Part shown: one piece after another, positions 47,520-60,512 of the stretch
Numbering within the stretch: position 1 is the stretch's first letter
How the letters are laid out: each line of letters begins with the position of its first letter
Assembly: GCA_010909165.1 (NCBI GenBank)
Contig: MU008189.1
Coordinates: 434,001 to 498,000, forward strand
Direction: 5' to 3'
Length of the DNA: 64,000 nt
Origin: Anthoceros angustus
Lineage: Eukaryota; Plantae; Anthocerotophyta
The notes under the pieces: model-generated
Databases searched by the model: none
What the model was told of the DNA's origin: nothing
The model's input: the letters and a program-made list of their open reading frames with translations, nothing else
Made by a program: the position numbers and the translations under genes

Positions 47520-48180
47520 GATGAAGAAAGAAATCTACTATAGTCCACTTGAACAACTTATCATGGTGTGTCTAAGCTACTCGCACCAGGGCATCCATTC
47601 CACTCCCCTCAAGTACGATCTAAGCGCATATGCTTAACAACGGCGTTCTTATGTCCATTTGGCCTAAAGGCACTTGGACACAGATTTATGAGAACAACTG
47701 GTCCCATCGAGCCGTAGATGGAAGAAGGTGATGGGAAATCGGTTCCAGGGCGAACCCTAGCCCGAAGGTGTTTGAGATGAGAGTGTGAGCATGTTCTGGG
47801 GCTGCCCGACTGGTGGTCGGTTTGCTGCGAGACGTTGGATTGGAATATGGGATCGATTGTGCTGGGCGGCACAGCAGTATCTGGAGACTGCTCCAGTCAA
47901 GGCAACCTTTCTCGCTAAGATACTTCCACGTCGTATTCAAGTAAGCAGTGCAAAACGAACAAGCGTATCTCAAGAATACTTGGAGTTGGAGTCACAAAGA
48001 CGACGCGCAGAGAATCGACTGTCGTCTAGCATCACTCTTGCATTTGACTGTTTGAAATGGATGCCCATGGAGTCCACGGACTCCAATCCCTCGCGACTGA
48101 GGACTCCTTTGCAGAAAATTCAGCACATGTAGGGATCCCCGATTACGGGGACTCCACAGCCAGGGCTCCTCACCGAGTCT
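47520..48180 (-). mobile_element. Longer copy of the TTC-tailed repeat with a possible LINE ORF2 C-terminal remnant
   Basis: 47560-47660 is homologous to 9710-9810. Upstream, a degenerate Cys/Trp-containing frame (ACSFCTAYLNTTWKYL...DWSSLQILL) is reminiscent of LINE ORF2 ends. Confidence 0.35.
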
Positions 48181-48357
48181 CATCGATGTGGATGCTTACT
48201 ACTGGGAGTGGCAGAGTGCGCAGCTTGCCCTCCTGAAAGTGTGCATTGTGAGTGATCAATCGGGGAGATGGGTAGTGGTAGCATTCCTGGTAGCACGATC
48301 ATGAGGCGTGGAATGCATATGAGATTGCAAATTGTGCTGCTCATGATCGTGCGGGGC

Positions 48358-49013
48358 AACCCGTTGAGCACGTCGTAGCCGCAGCCCAGAACTCCCACCC
48401 CTTGGAGCACCGGTCTGTCTGTCAGCGCTGCCTCTGTCCCCTACGCATTCTACGCAGACAGCCAGAGCTGCCGCGAGAGCCTGCTGGAGTTCCGTGAAGC
48501 TGTGCAGCCTCTACACCACGATATCGGTGGCCTCAGGGCGGACCATCCGGGAGTACGCCCAGAACGTTAGCTGCAGGCTGGGCCTGGAGGGCTCCTACCT
48601 CTTCTTCTCCTCCTCCCTGGACGCCTACACCACCTTCCTACGACTCCGCCTTCACCAACGTGCAGTACAACGTGGGCCTGTACCAGCTCCGCCTCCCCGC
48701 GGATCCGGCCGCCTACCTCACCCCGACTGCGCGGGCCGACATCGACGGCTTGAAGGCCGTGCACCGTGACCATCTTCTGCCTGGCAGCGTGGAGGACTTC
48801 ATCTGGTCCGACCGAGGGACCGGGGCGGACGACGAGAGATACGCCTGGGCCGTCAAACCGCTCTCCTCCTACCCCGCTGACGGACAAGGCTCCGTTGCGT
48901 ACAACGATGATAGAGGCATCAAGCCCTACTTCACGGCTACCGGCGGGTACGATCGTCCCACTTCTCGGGTCTTCGTCCTCGATCGCTCCAAGGTGAAGCT
49001 CGTCAACTCCTGA
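48358..49013 (+). pseudogene. Internally deleted MACPF plus Vps62/beta-tripod-like pore-forming protein remnant; first about 80 nt inverted
   Basis: Minus strand: LTDRPVLQGVGVLGCGYDVLNG. Plus strand: FYADSQSCRESLLEF, SGRTIREYAQNVSCRLGLEGSYLFFSSSL, FTNVQYNVGLYQLRLP...LTPTARADIDG (MACPF N-half), then FIWSDRGTGADDERYAW (Vps62-like motif). Confidence 0.65.
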
Positions 49014-49362
49014 TCCGCCGTAGCCCGATGCGTCGCAGCACTTGCCACAAAAGAATAGCAATCCCTGGAACGAACAAATTGGGTTATGCAATTAGGGTTT
49101 GTGGATGCTGTTATGGCAAGCACAGAATAATATGTCGCAGGTAGTCTGTCAAGTGCAATCCATGGCCACCGCCAGCGTAGGTGGCCAGTTTGAATCTCCT
49201 CCCATGCTGTCCTCAATGGAGGGAAGGTTTTACGAAAACTTGTGCAGCTGCCAATTGCGTGCCAGCTTGCCAAATGTTCGGAGGATTGATCAGGTTGTAA
49301 CTTGCAATGGTTTGACAAAGCCTAGCAAATTGCAGTCAGGGTTCCCCTTGCTCGCTCATGAA

Positions 49363-52300
49363 TCAGGGGCATGTTGTTGGGAGCGGGGTCCCACACAGGG
49401 CAGGGTTGCCTGCAAAATCAGAGGCTGGGAATCGGGCCAGGTTCTTGGGAATGGGACCCGAGAAGTGGTTGTGCGCTACATCCAACACTTGGAGCCCGGG
49501 GATGCCTCCCAAGCTTTGGGGCAGCGCTCCCGAGAAGCTGTTGCTGGCCAGGTTGAGGACGTGCAGCCCAGAAAGGGATCCGATGTTGGGAGAGAGTGTG
49601 CCTGTGAGGGAGTTGCTGGACACGTCGATGGCTGTGGTGGTGGTCAGGAACAAGGAGTTGTCGCTCAGAAAGCCGTTCCGAGTGTAGGAGACTCCATCGT
49701 CGTAGTAGGGTCCACCTAGCACAGGAGGGAGGTCGGCTCCCGTGGAGTTGATGATGGCCGCCAATCCAGACACGCTGTTGAGAGGCAGGGGCCCTGTGAG
49801 GCTGTTTCCGGATAGATCCAGCACCTGGAGAGAGGGGAGGTCGGTGAAGAGGAAGGTCGGGATGGGTCCTGACAATTTGTTACGGGCCAAGCCCAGGACC
49901 CGCAAAGTTGTCCAGGAGCTCAGGTCGGGGATGGCCCCTGTCAGTGCGTTCCCGCTGATGTCCAACACTGAGAGCTTTCCTGCACATTGTGGGAGCCAGG
50001 ATGCGCTGGCCAAATCCCCTGCACGTTGTCCCGGAAGAGGTTAGCTGACAGCCATTGGAAGTGTGGAATGGAGGGGGGCAGAAAGGGCATCAGACCTGTG
50101 AGAAGGTTGTCGTTCAGCGAGACGAAGTTGAGCTCCCCGAGTCCTTCCTGACACGCGGTTCCCAGGTTGGGCACGGGGCCTGTGAACTGGTTGTGGTCCA
50201 GCTTCACCCTCTGGATGTAGGCAGAGTAGCTGAACACCTGGTCCGGAATCTCCCCGGAGAGTTGGTTGTAGGAGAAATCGAGGAAGTTGAGGAAGGGAGT
50301 GGAGTCTGGGAATGTGGTAGGGATGCCTCCCGTCAGTTGGTTGTGTGACAGGTCAAGGGTGTTGAAGAAGATGGATGAGAAAATGTCGTCCGGGATCGTC
50401 CCTGAGAGCTGGTTGTGAGAGAGGACGAGGTTGTTCAGGAAGGGGGAGCCACTCGAGAAGTTGGACGGAATGGGACCTGAGAAGCTGTTGAAGCTCAAGT
50501 CCAGGCTGTTGAGGTTTCGGATGTTGCCGAACTCCTGAGGTATCTCGCCACTCAACCTGTTGCGAGAAATGTTGAGACTGCTCACTGCGGTGAAATCCGG
50601 CCCGAAGCTCGGGAGTGGCGATACGAACTTGTTCACCGACAGATCAACGAAGAAGCTGATCTGCATCTGGAAAACCCAGGCCGGGATTGTACCTGTTGAC
50701 AGATGCATCCATGGAGGAGAATTAGCCTCGCCCACGCAGACATCCTTGTCTTGAAACTCTGGAAGTAGCAAGTCACAGATTTAAGCACCTGAGAAGTCGT
50801 TGTTGTCGATGTAGAGCTGGGTCAAAGGCGTGTTATCTGGACCAAGATCACCAGACGGCAGGCTGGAGAGCTGGTTGAAAGAAAGCGTAAGGGTCGAGAC
50901 GTTCCATAGGGATGTAGGAAAGGCTCCTGTCAGACTATTGTGTGAAAGGTCCAGGGCCCCACGGAGCACACCATTTCCAAGGTTTTCAGGTATGCTTCCA
51001 GTCAGCTTGTTGTTGGACAGATTCAAGCTATCCAGCACGAGGTTGGAGAATTCCGTGGGGATCTCACCTGACATCAAGAGAGAAACGAGTCAGCAGTTTG
51101 AACAGCGGGACCTCACACTCCCCCGCTAAATCCTGAAAAAGGGTGTGTGTACTACCTGAGAGCTGATTGCTTCCCAGCGAAAGGGTCTTGAGAGCCTTCT
51201 TCAACTTTGCGAGAGAAGCTGGGATACTTCCCGTGAGTTTGTTATTCCCAAGGTCAAGTATGGTAAGCTTCTTGAGTCGGCTGAGAGCAGCGGGGATCGC
51301 ACCGGTAAGCGCATTGTCGCTGAGCACGAGCTGCCTCAAGTGGGTCTTCCCAAGGGAGTCAGGGATACTACCAGACACAGAAGTGCCGCGGATCCGGAGC
51401 ACTACAAGACCTTTGGAGTTTCCTATTGCAGAAGGGATGCTTCCAGTCAAGCCGCGATCAAAGCTTATGAGAGCCCCTTGGTCACCTTCTTCACCTCCCA
51501 GCCGAACATCCCGCAGCTTTGTTAGCTTCCCCAGGCTTGCAGGGATGTCACCCGTCAGCTGGTTCCCCTGAAGCCAAAGAGTCTGCAGGCTGGCCAAGTC
51601 CCCGAATGAGCTTGGAATGGGGCCCTCCAGCAGATTGTGAGTGAGCAGGAGGCTGATCAGGTTCTTCAAGCTTCCGATGGAGGAAGGAAGGGATCCTGCA
51701 AACGCAAGTACGTGAACAAACGGTGCCTCAACGATACTCATGTGGAGCACATGGGCTTAAAACTTGTAAGCAATGTATAACATACCTGAAATCTGGTTGT
51801 AGGAAAGCTCAATCTTGATGAGTCCCGACAGAGACCCAATGCACGAAGGGATGGGTCCCGTGAGTGTGCTGGGTTGAATGTCGGTGTTGCTGATGGACAA
51901 GGTCTGTAGGTTCTTGAGCTGGCAGAGGCTTTCCGGCAGTGATCCGCTGATGTCGGCGTTCAAACTCAGGTTCAGGTTCTGAAGGGAGACAATCTCGGAC
52001 CACTCCGCTGGAATGGGGCCCTTGAATCTACTGCTCACAAGGGACAGCGTTGTCAGCTTTCTAAGCGTCTTCAACCCCGCAGGCAGGCTAACATCGTTGA
52101 AGCCGTTCACATTGCTCAAGCTCAGCACCTCCAGTTCCTGCACCACGCATTTGCATATTCCAAGCGGTCAAACAACAAGTCCGCTCCCTCAAAGCCGAAG
52201 CCTACATCAGCGCAAATCCATATCTTCGTGACCACGAGTACCTTGAGCTTCGACAACGTGGTGCCAAGCAAATCAACGTCCGGGTTGGTCTGAGATAGAC

Positions 52301-52583
52301 CTCCCTTGCTGTCGACAACCAGCTTGATCACTCGTCCTTGAGCATTGCACGTTACACCGTTCCAACTGCAACACGATTTAGAGGTCTTCCAGGTGGTCAG
52401 ATCCTTCCGGGGATCCGTCTGTCCGGCCTTGTACTGCAGAAGCGCATCCCTATCGGAAGGAAAGCAGGTGGGGACATTGCTCGGGTGGCTCGCAGACGCC
52501 AGTTGCAATCCCAGGAATGCGAACAGCAGGCAAAGCCTCCACACCAGCCTCGTTGCCGCCACGAACTGACTCGCCTTGGCCAT
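49363..52583 (-). CDS. Secreted extracellular LRR protein A (signal peptide, LRRNT, many plant-type LRRs, island, C-cap; no TM or kinase), multi-exon
   Basis: Signal LVWRLCLLFAFLGLQLASA, CFPSDRDALLQYK...CCSWNGVTC and repeated LxLSxNxLSGxIP. It ends FAGNPALCGTPLPTTCP*. Confidence 0.9.
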
Positions 52584-53281
52584 CTTTGCCAATTCAAGGA
52601 ACTCCTAAATTGATATCAACAATGAGAGTTGCAATGCCACTCAGATTGCCCACTCTGCAGACCTTGCTGAAAGAAACTGGCGAGCTCTTGCTCGCTGACA
52701 GACCTTGTAGTCCCAGCCTCCCCCACCTTTCCCAGCTACTCCCTGGATGGAAAACAGTGTGCGTGGGTAGGACAGACTGCGACACGGGTTCGCACGTAGG
52801 AGCGAACCACCTTCTTTTTCCTCCATCATCAGGATAACATGATCCACTCACAGAACGTCCCTGCCTCGGGCAGTGCCCTTCTGCCCCCTGCAACTGTGCA
52901 GTACTCAGACATTGTTAATTATGACATGCTGCCGTATCCGTGGATTCCAATGCTGGATGCGCAGAGCATCACAGTTCTGCGACCTGTTGAAACTTGTGAC
53001 AGAGCTGCTTTCAGGCAAGCGGAGGCTTCACCACGCTCTTCACACACCCCGTGTGCTCACTTTAAAACAATGATCTACAGCTTGCAAGCACATCACACAT
53101 TCGCAAGGTTTCTACTTGGCAGCGATGCTATGGACAAAAACAGGCTAGGGAGGACGGGCCATATGGCCATGGATGCACCTACGTTCATCTTCTTCTATAA
53201 TAATGTCCACGACCTCCCTGCCCATGACACCACAGCTCGCAAGGGCAGGATTTGTGCGAATTCTTTACAAGATTTTGGGTC

Positions 53282-55500
53282 TCAGATTTTGCGTCGGGTT
53301 GGTAGAGGAGCTCCACGCAGTGCCGAGTTTTCTGGGGTAAGTCTTTGAGGCTTGCCGGGATGGCGCCGGGGAATTGGTTGCTGGCAACACTGGACACAGT
53401 CAGACCTGAAATCCCCCCCCCACACTGTCGGGCAGTGCTGGTGAAGTTGTTGTGGGCGGGATTTAGAACACGAAGGCCGTTCAGAGACGCGATGCTGTGG
53501 GTGATGGGTCGTGTGAGGTGGTTGCTTGACACGTCTACTGCTGTGGTGACGGTGAGGGGGAAAGAAAAGGATGTCCTGCTGTGCAGCACTCCGTCCAGGG
53601 AGTCGGGTCCACCTTGCACAGGCGGCAGGTGCCGTGACGTTGGAAATTGTTATTGCTGGCAGAGCTCTATTCAACTGGTTTCCGGACATATCGAGGACCT
53701 GCAGGCGGGGGAGGTGTTAGGGTTGAGCAGATAGTTGGGGATGGCTTTTGTGAACTGGTTCCTCGCCAACCCCAGCACCTCCAAGGCTGTCCATGAGCTG
53801 CAGTCGGGGATGGTGCCTGTCAGTGCGTTACCGCTGATGTCGAAGACTCTGAACTTTCCTGCACACTGCGGAATCCAAGTTGCTCCAGCGAGAGTTCCTG
53901 CATTTGGGACGAGAGAGGGTGAGAAATGAGGCGCAGGCCCGGTGCAAGGAAAGCACAGGCATCCGAAGTTGTGGTTACCTGTGAGGAGGTTGTCATTGAG
54001 AGTGACAGTGGACAGCGCGTCCCATCCGCTCGTGCAGGCTTGGCCCATGTCTGATATGGCGCCTGTCAGCTTGTTACGGTTCAGCTTTATCTGAACGGAG
54101 GCGAAGCTTCTCAGACATGTTTCCGGACAGCTGGTAGTGGGAGAAATCGATGAGTCTCATGAATGAAGTTGCTGTTGGAGAAGAGGGAAGAGGACCAGTG
54201 AGGTTGTTGTGAGTCAGCTGAACAATGGAATGGTAGAATGTGGATGTGAAGATGGCATCTGGCGTGGATCCGGAAAGTTGGTTGTTGGAGAGGACCAGGT
54301 TGTCGAGGAGAACGGTGTTGGAAAAGCCTGTTGCGGTCACTGAATCATGATCATTTTTGCAATACCAAAGCGACGCACACAGAACATGGCCCTGCCCCCT
54401 GAAGAAACAAGGTTAATATCATGTGAGTAAGAATTGAATCATGATCATGGGTGAATGGTTTTCATTACAACCTTCAGACAGAGACATACGTCCTCCAGCT
54501 ATGTGTACGGGTTCTGATACTCTTGTAGACCTGCATGCTAGCACAACATGTCGTGTCAGAAGCAATGCATGTTTGAGAAGAGCTGGGATGAGCAGTGTGT
54601 GTCCACCACACGCTGAGATTCGATTCGAACCCACGTCCTCTGGGTCATTTCGATGCCTAGTATCATACCACAATCAACCACCCAGACGCTTCACTGGTTT
54701 AATGTCTTCAGAATTTCGCTATTTCTCAACTCGACTCTCCACTCGTATGCAACGGAAAAGTCCTCGTACCTGAAAGCGAGCTGGAATCCAACCAGAGTAT
54801 TTGCAAACGGTAATGGACGTCGGGATCAAGGTGACTGGCAGGTAACCTTTCGATCAGATTGTGAGACATGATCACAAGATTCCGCTAACCACAGGGATGA
54901 TGGGAAGGATCCTGTCAGCTTGTTATAAGGTAGATCAAGGCTGCCTTGCACAAGGGTGTTGCCCAAATCAGAAGGGGTGGGTCCTGTCAGCTGGTTGTAG
55001 GATAGATCCAACGTTGTCAAACTCAGCGCTGTCGCTTATGTCGGTGAGGCTCCCCCTGCATTCCCACAAGGTACAGGATTTGAGCACCAGCCACGGGTTC
55101 CACTGGAAGCTCCGGACCTCTAAAGTACCAGTATTTTAAAAGAACATTTGTCGTACTGTCAGTTGATTGTCTCCAAGGACGACGTTCGTCAGTGTCTTCT
55201 GTCAAAGAGCTGGCAAAACTCCAGAGAGTTTGACCTGCAAAGGAGGCTGGAATTGTGCCTGAGAGTCCATTATTGGTGAGCCCAAGAAAGTCACAGATGT
55301 TCCTCGGATTCGTGAAACTCTGAGGACCTTTCCACCTATTCCAGAGGAAATGCTCCCGCCCAATCCTGGGCTGAAGCAAGCTGCTCCGTCTATGATGAGA
55401 TCCTGTTCTATCCCCGATTCAAACTCCTGCAAATTTACGAGTGCTCCCAGGCTCTCAGGGAGGCTGGCTGTGAAAACGTTCAGGCTGGCCCTGAAGTCTC
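53282..55500 (-). pseudogene. Degenerate copy of the 3' two-thirds of LRR gene B
   Basis: Colinear with 56396-58570 (e.g. MGQACTSGWDALSTVTLNDNLLTG, EQDLIIDGAA). It carries frameshifts, deletions, substitutions and an unrelated insert at about 54340-54700. Confidence 0.85.
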
Positions 55501-55532
55501 AGAATCTGGACACTTGACCGTGTGCACACCTA

Positions 55533-56330
55533 GTTGAGGGGAATGGGTCCTGAGAAGCTGTTGAAGCTCAAGTCCAGGGTTTCGAGGATTCCGATGTTGC
55601 CGAACTCCTGGGGTACTCGCCACTCAACCTGTTGCGAGAAGTGTTGAGACTGCTCACTGTGATGACATCCGGCCCGAAGCTTGGGAGTGGCGATGCAAAC
55701 TTGTTCTCTGATAGTTCGACGAGCAAGCTGGACTCGAGCTGAAACACCCAGGGAGGGATTGTACCTGTTGACGGATGCATCCATGAAAGAGAATTTGCCT
55801 CGTCCACAGAGACGTTTCCTTCTCCCGAAACTCAAGAAGTAGCCAGTCGCAGATTAAGCACCTGACAAGTCGTTTGTGGTCGATGTAGAGCCGTTGAAAA
55901 AAAAAAATCTGGACCAAGATCACCAGACGGCAGGCTAGAACGCTGGTTGACAGAAAGTGTAACGATTGAGACGTCTCATGGGGATGTGGGAAAGGCCCCT
56001 GTCAGACTATTGTGTGAAAGGTCCAAGGTCCCAGAAACCAGACCATTTCCGAGGTTTTCTGGTATGCTTCCCGTCATCAGTTTGTTGTTGGAAACATACA
56101 AGGTGTCCAGCACCAGCACCAGGTTGGAGAACGATGTCGGAAATTCACCTGACATCAAGAGAGCAACGAGTCTCAGTGTGAACAACCCTGACCTCACGCT
56201 CCCCCGTAGAATACTGGCAGCCTGGAAAAGGGTGCATGCACCACCTGAAGCTGATTGCCTACGAGCCCAAGGGCGTTAGTTAGCTTCCCCCGGTTGCAAG
56301 GGATGTCACCCTGGGATTTGGGGTTTCCCT
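55533..56330 (-). pseudogene. Degenerate fragment of LRR gene A (matches about 50460-51180)
   Basis: GTIPPWVFQL...FASPLPSFGPD and GSIPENLGNGLVSGTLDLSHNSLTGAFPTS match gene A; frameshifted. Confidence 0.85.
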
Positions 56331-56395
56331 GACGCCAAAGAACAGGGATCTGTGCGGACTCTTTACTAGATATTGTATGTCAAAATTTGCATTGA

Positions 56396-59300
56396 TCAAG
56401 CACAAGCGGTTGGTAGAGGAGGTCCACACAGTGCCGGGTTTCCCTCGAAACTGGTGACCGGGAAATTCTTGAGGTTTGCCGGGATGGCGCCGGAGAATTG
56501 GTTGCTGGCAACACTGAACAGTTTCAGACCTGCAATCGTCCCCACACTGTCCGGCAGTGATCCGGTGAAGTTGTTGTGGGCGAGATTCAGAACACTCAGG
56601 CCAGTCAGAGAGGCGATGCTGTGGGTGATGGGTCCTGTGAGGTGGTTGTTTGACACGTCTATGGTTGTGGTGATGGTGAGGGAGAATGAAAACGAGTCCC
56701 TGCTGTACAGCACTCCGTCCAGGTAGGAGGGTCCCCCTTGCACAGGCGGCAGGTGAGCTGCCGGCACATTGGAGATTGACATTGCTGGCAGAGCTCCACT
56801 CAACTGGTTGCCGGATAGATCGAGGACCTGCAGGGAGGTGTTAGGGTTGAACAGATAGCTCGGGATGGCTCCTGTGAATTGGTTCCTCGCCAGCCCCAGC
56901 ACCTCCAAGGTTGTCCATGAGCTGAAGTCGGGGATGGTGCCTGTCAGTGCGTTGCCGCTGATGTCGAAGACTCTGAACTTTCCTGCACACTGCGGAATCC
57001 AGGTTGCTCCTGCGAGAGTACCTGCACTTGGGAGGGAGTGTGAGACATGAGGCACAGGCAGGGTGCAAGGAAAGCACAGGCATCCGCAGTTGTGGTTACC
57101 TGTGAGGAGGTTGTCATTGAGAGTCACAGTGGACAGGACGTCCCATCCGCTCGTGCAGGCTTGGCCCATGTCTGGGATGGCGCCGGTGAGCTTGTTATGG
57201 TTCAGCTTGATCTTCTGAATGGAGGCGAAGTTGGTGAATAGCTTCTCAGAAATGTTTCCGGACAGCTGATTGTGGGAGAAATCGATGAGGCTCATGAATG
57301 AAGTTGATGTTGGAACAGAGGGAAGAGGACCAGTGAGGTTGTTGTGAGATAGATCAATGGAATGGTAGAATGTGGAGGTGAGGATGGCATCTGGAATGGA
57401 TCCAGAAAGCTGGTTGTGGGCGAGGACTAGGTTGTTGAGGAAAACGGTGTTGGAAAAGCCTGCAGGAATGGGGCCCGTGAGCTGGTTGAAGCTAAGGTCA
57501 AGAGAGTTGACGTTTGTGAACTGTTCAGGTATGCTGCCACCCAGCCGATTGTGTGAGAGGTTGAGGTACTGAAATAGGTGATGAGCTGTGAGGGGTGGTA
57601 GTGAGGACACCAGCTTGTTGTTGGAGAGATCTATAGAAGAGATTGAGCGGAACTCGAACACCCACGGAGGAATCACACCTGTATTTCCAACCATCTGTTG
57701 AAACACCCTCTTCAAGCAAGCTCTATGAAACCTAGTGCACAGAACAGAGAAGGCCTCGTACCTGAAAGAGCGTTGGAATCCAACCAGAGTTTTATCAAAC
57801 GGTAGTGGACATTGGGATCAAGGTGACCGACAGGTAACGTTTCAATCAGATTGTGAGACAAGATCACAGATCCCACCGTCCAGAGGGATGATGGGAAGGA
57901 TCCTGTGAGCTTGTTGTAAGAGAGATCAAGCCTCCCTTGCACAAGGGTGTTGCCCAAATCAGAAGGGATGGCTCCTGTCAGCTGGTTGTTGGACATATCC
58001 AAAGTTGTCAAACTCAGCGCCGTCGCTAATGTCGGTGGCACTACCCCTGCATTCCCACAAGTAACAGGATTTGAGCACCAGACAAGGGTTCCACTGGAGC
58101 TTCAGAGCTCTAAAGTACCAGTATTTTTGAAAGAACATTTTGTCGTACCTGTCAGTTGATTGTTTCCAAGGAGGACGTCCGTCAGTGTCTTTTGTCCAAG
58201 AGCTGGCAAAGGTCCAGAGAGTTTGTTGTTCCTCAAATCCAACACTTCTAGCTGCTCAAGACCTGCGAGGGAGGCTGGAATAGTGCCTGAGAGTCTATTA
58301 TTGTTGAGCACAAGTTCTGTTAAACTTGTGAGCCCAAGAGATTGTGGGATGCTTCCTGACAAAGATGTCCCTCGGATTCTTAAAACTCTAAGAACCTTTC
58401 CACCTATCCCAGAGGGAATGCTGCCGACCAATCCTGGGCTCAAACCGGCTGCCCCGTCAATAATAAGATCCTGTTCTACTCCCAATTCAAATTCCTGCAA
58501 ATTGACCAGTGCTCCGAGGCCCTGAGGAAGGCTGCCTGTAAAAACGTTGCCCTGAAGGGTCAGAATCTGGAGACTTGTCAAGCTGCCAAAGGATGCGGGG
58601 ATAGCCCCCGTCAGCTTGTTGTTATCTAGCCGCAGAACCTGCAGCTTAGTGAGCCTTCCCAGTGTTTCTGGAATGCTGCCTGCAACCGAGAAATTTTAGC
58701 TGACAACGGGTCCAAAGACTGCACCTAGTTGGAGATTGGCAAGTTATTGTTGTGGTTGAAATTTGCTCACCGGAAAACAAATTATTGGAGAGTTCAAGCG
58801 TTGTCAGCTTCTCAAGAGTACCTAAGCAGTCAGGGATGGGGCCTCCCAACACTAGGGCGTCGTTCATCTCTTGATTTATAGACAGAGTTTGCAGGTCGGG
58901 CAGGTGGCATAAGGACTCGGGAAGACTGCCGTTGAGAACATTGAGACTGATGTTGATATTCTGCAAAGAAGGTATCAAAGACCATTCTGTTGGTATGGAT
59001 CCTCCAAACCGGTCGTCCACAAGAGAGAGAGTGACAAGCTTGGTCAGAGATTCCAGCCCGGTAGGAAGGGTGTCGAACCGAAAATGAGTGAGATTCAAAG
59101 TCTCGAGCTCCTGCAAGGTACCAAGCAGTTGTAAACCAAGTCTTGTGTATATGCCTGCAGGTGCGCAAGCTGGGGAATTGAAGGAATGCGACAAAGCTTA
59201 CAGTGAGCTGGGACAGCGTTGTGCCGATCAAATCGTGGCCCGAGGTCGCCTGGTGAATCCTCGCAAATGGGGCAACCTCAAGCTTGGTCACGCGACCTTG

Positions 59301-59498
59301 TGAGTTGCAGGTTACTCCGGGCCAGAGGCAACAAGAGGTTGAGTTGTTCCAATTTGCAAATTCTTCTGCCGGTGGAGTTAGCCCAGCCTTGAACGCCAGA
59401 ATAGCATTGCTGTCGCCTGCCAGGCAAGCAGTGTGAGCATACGCCGTCAACACATTCAGCAAGGTGAGGAGGAGGAGGCAGAGGCGTCCCGGTGCCAT
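56396..59498 (-). CDS. Secreted extracellular LRR protein B, paralog of A, multi-exon
   Basis: Signal MAPGRLCLLLLTLLNVLTAYA, CCLWPGVTC and LRR repeats, island GGPSYLDGVLYSRDSF. It ends FEGNPALCGPPLPTACA*. Confidence 0.9.
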
Positions 59499-60512
59499 AG
59501 TGTTCCCAACACCTTCTGCAATTGCCGCAAACAGGGCCTAAGGATCTGCACAAAGAAATGGCAAGACAGTCAAAAACAGCTCGCGCATTGCTGACGTGCA
59601 AGCTGCAAGGTTCAAGAATTGCTCAGGACTGCAAATCCGAGAGGAATTGCAGCTAGTCTGCGACAGGAAGGTTCAGTGAACACCAAATTGGCGCCTCCCA
59701 TACAATCCACTCGTAAATTATCGGATCAGCCAAGGTCCGGGAAATCCCTGCACCTTGACGGACAGCCCCATGCTTGTACATGCTGTTCATGAGCAAGCTT
59801 GGAAGAGCAAGGCAGGACTTCGCTGGGCCCCAACCCAACAACAACTAAATTACCTGAAAGTGACTACTACCGGCGCTGAGAGCCAGTCAGGCAGTGAGGA
59901 CTTACCCCGACCAACCGCTCTCAACCTGCCGAGCAGTAAAAACATGGCGACCCAGGGGGCACACTGATGTGAGCTGCTCCCTGCTGGAGCTCGAATGTAA
60001 GATCGGTTGCTAACTCTCTAGGCGATACCTGGAATTGTTTTGTACTATGACACTCACGAGATCCTCCATGCGATATCCTGTAAAGGATGGACATTGCAAA
60101 TCACTGCCGACAGTCTAGTCGATGGTGAACGACGCTTAACCTTCGACTGACTGGCTGTTCAATTACAAGAACTAAGACGAGGAAAGACATAAAGTAGCCA
60201 GATGCGTCTTGCCTGCTTGAAAAGAGGAAAACTTGAGGGTCGAGGTACAAGATCGTTCAACCAGTTCGGTTGATCCCATACTCTCAGACATGATTTCAGA
60301 ACTCGAAAGGCTACCCTATCGCAGATACTTTCTGAGGATCTCTTCAGCCGTTCCTTGTCTCCGAACAGAGTCGAAGAAGGTTACGGTCATGGTGCCCTAA
60401 CATGAGACCATCTTCACACATTCATTTTCCTCTTCTTGAGTCAGTCTAAGCTAGAGTGCTCCGTGTGAAGCTCCAGTTCGTCATTAGCTAATGCAACTAC
60501 TGAGTCTCGAGA

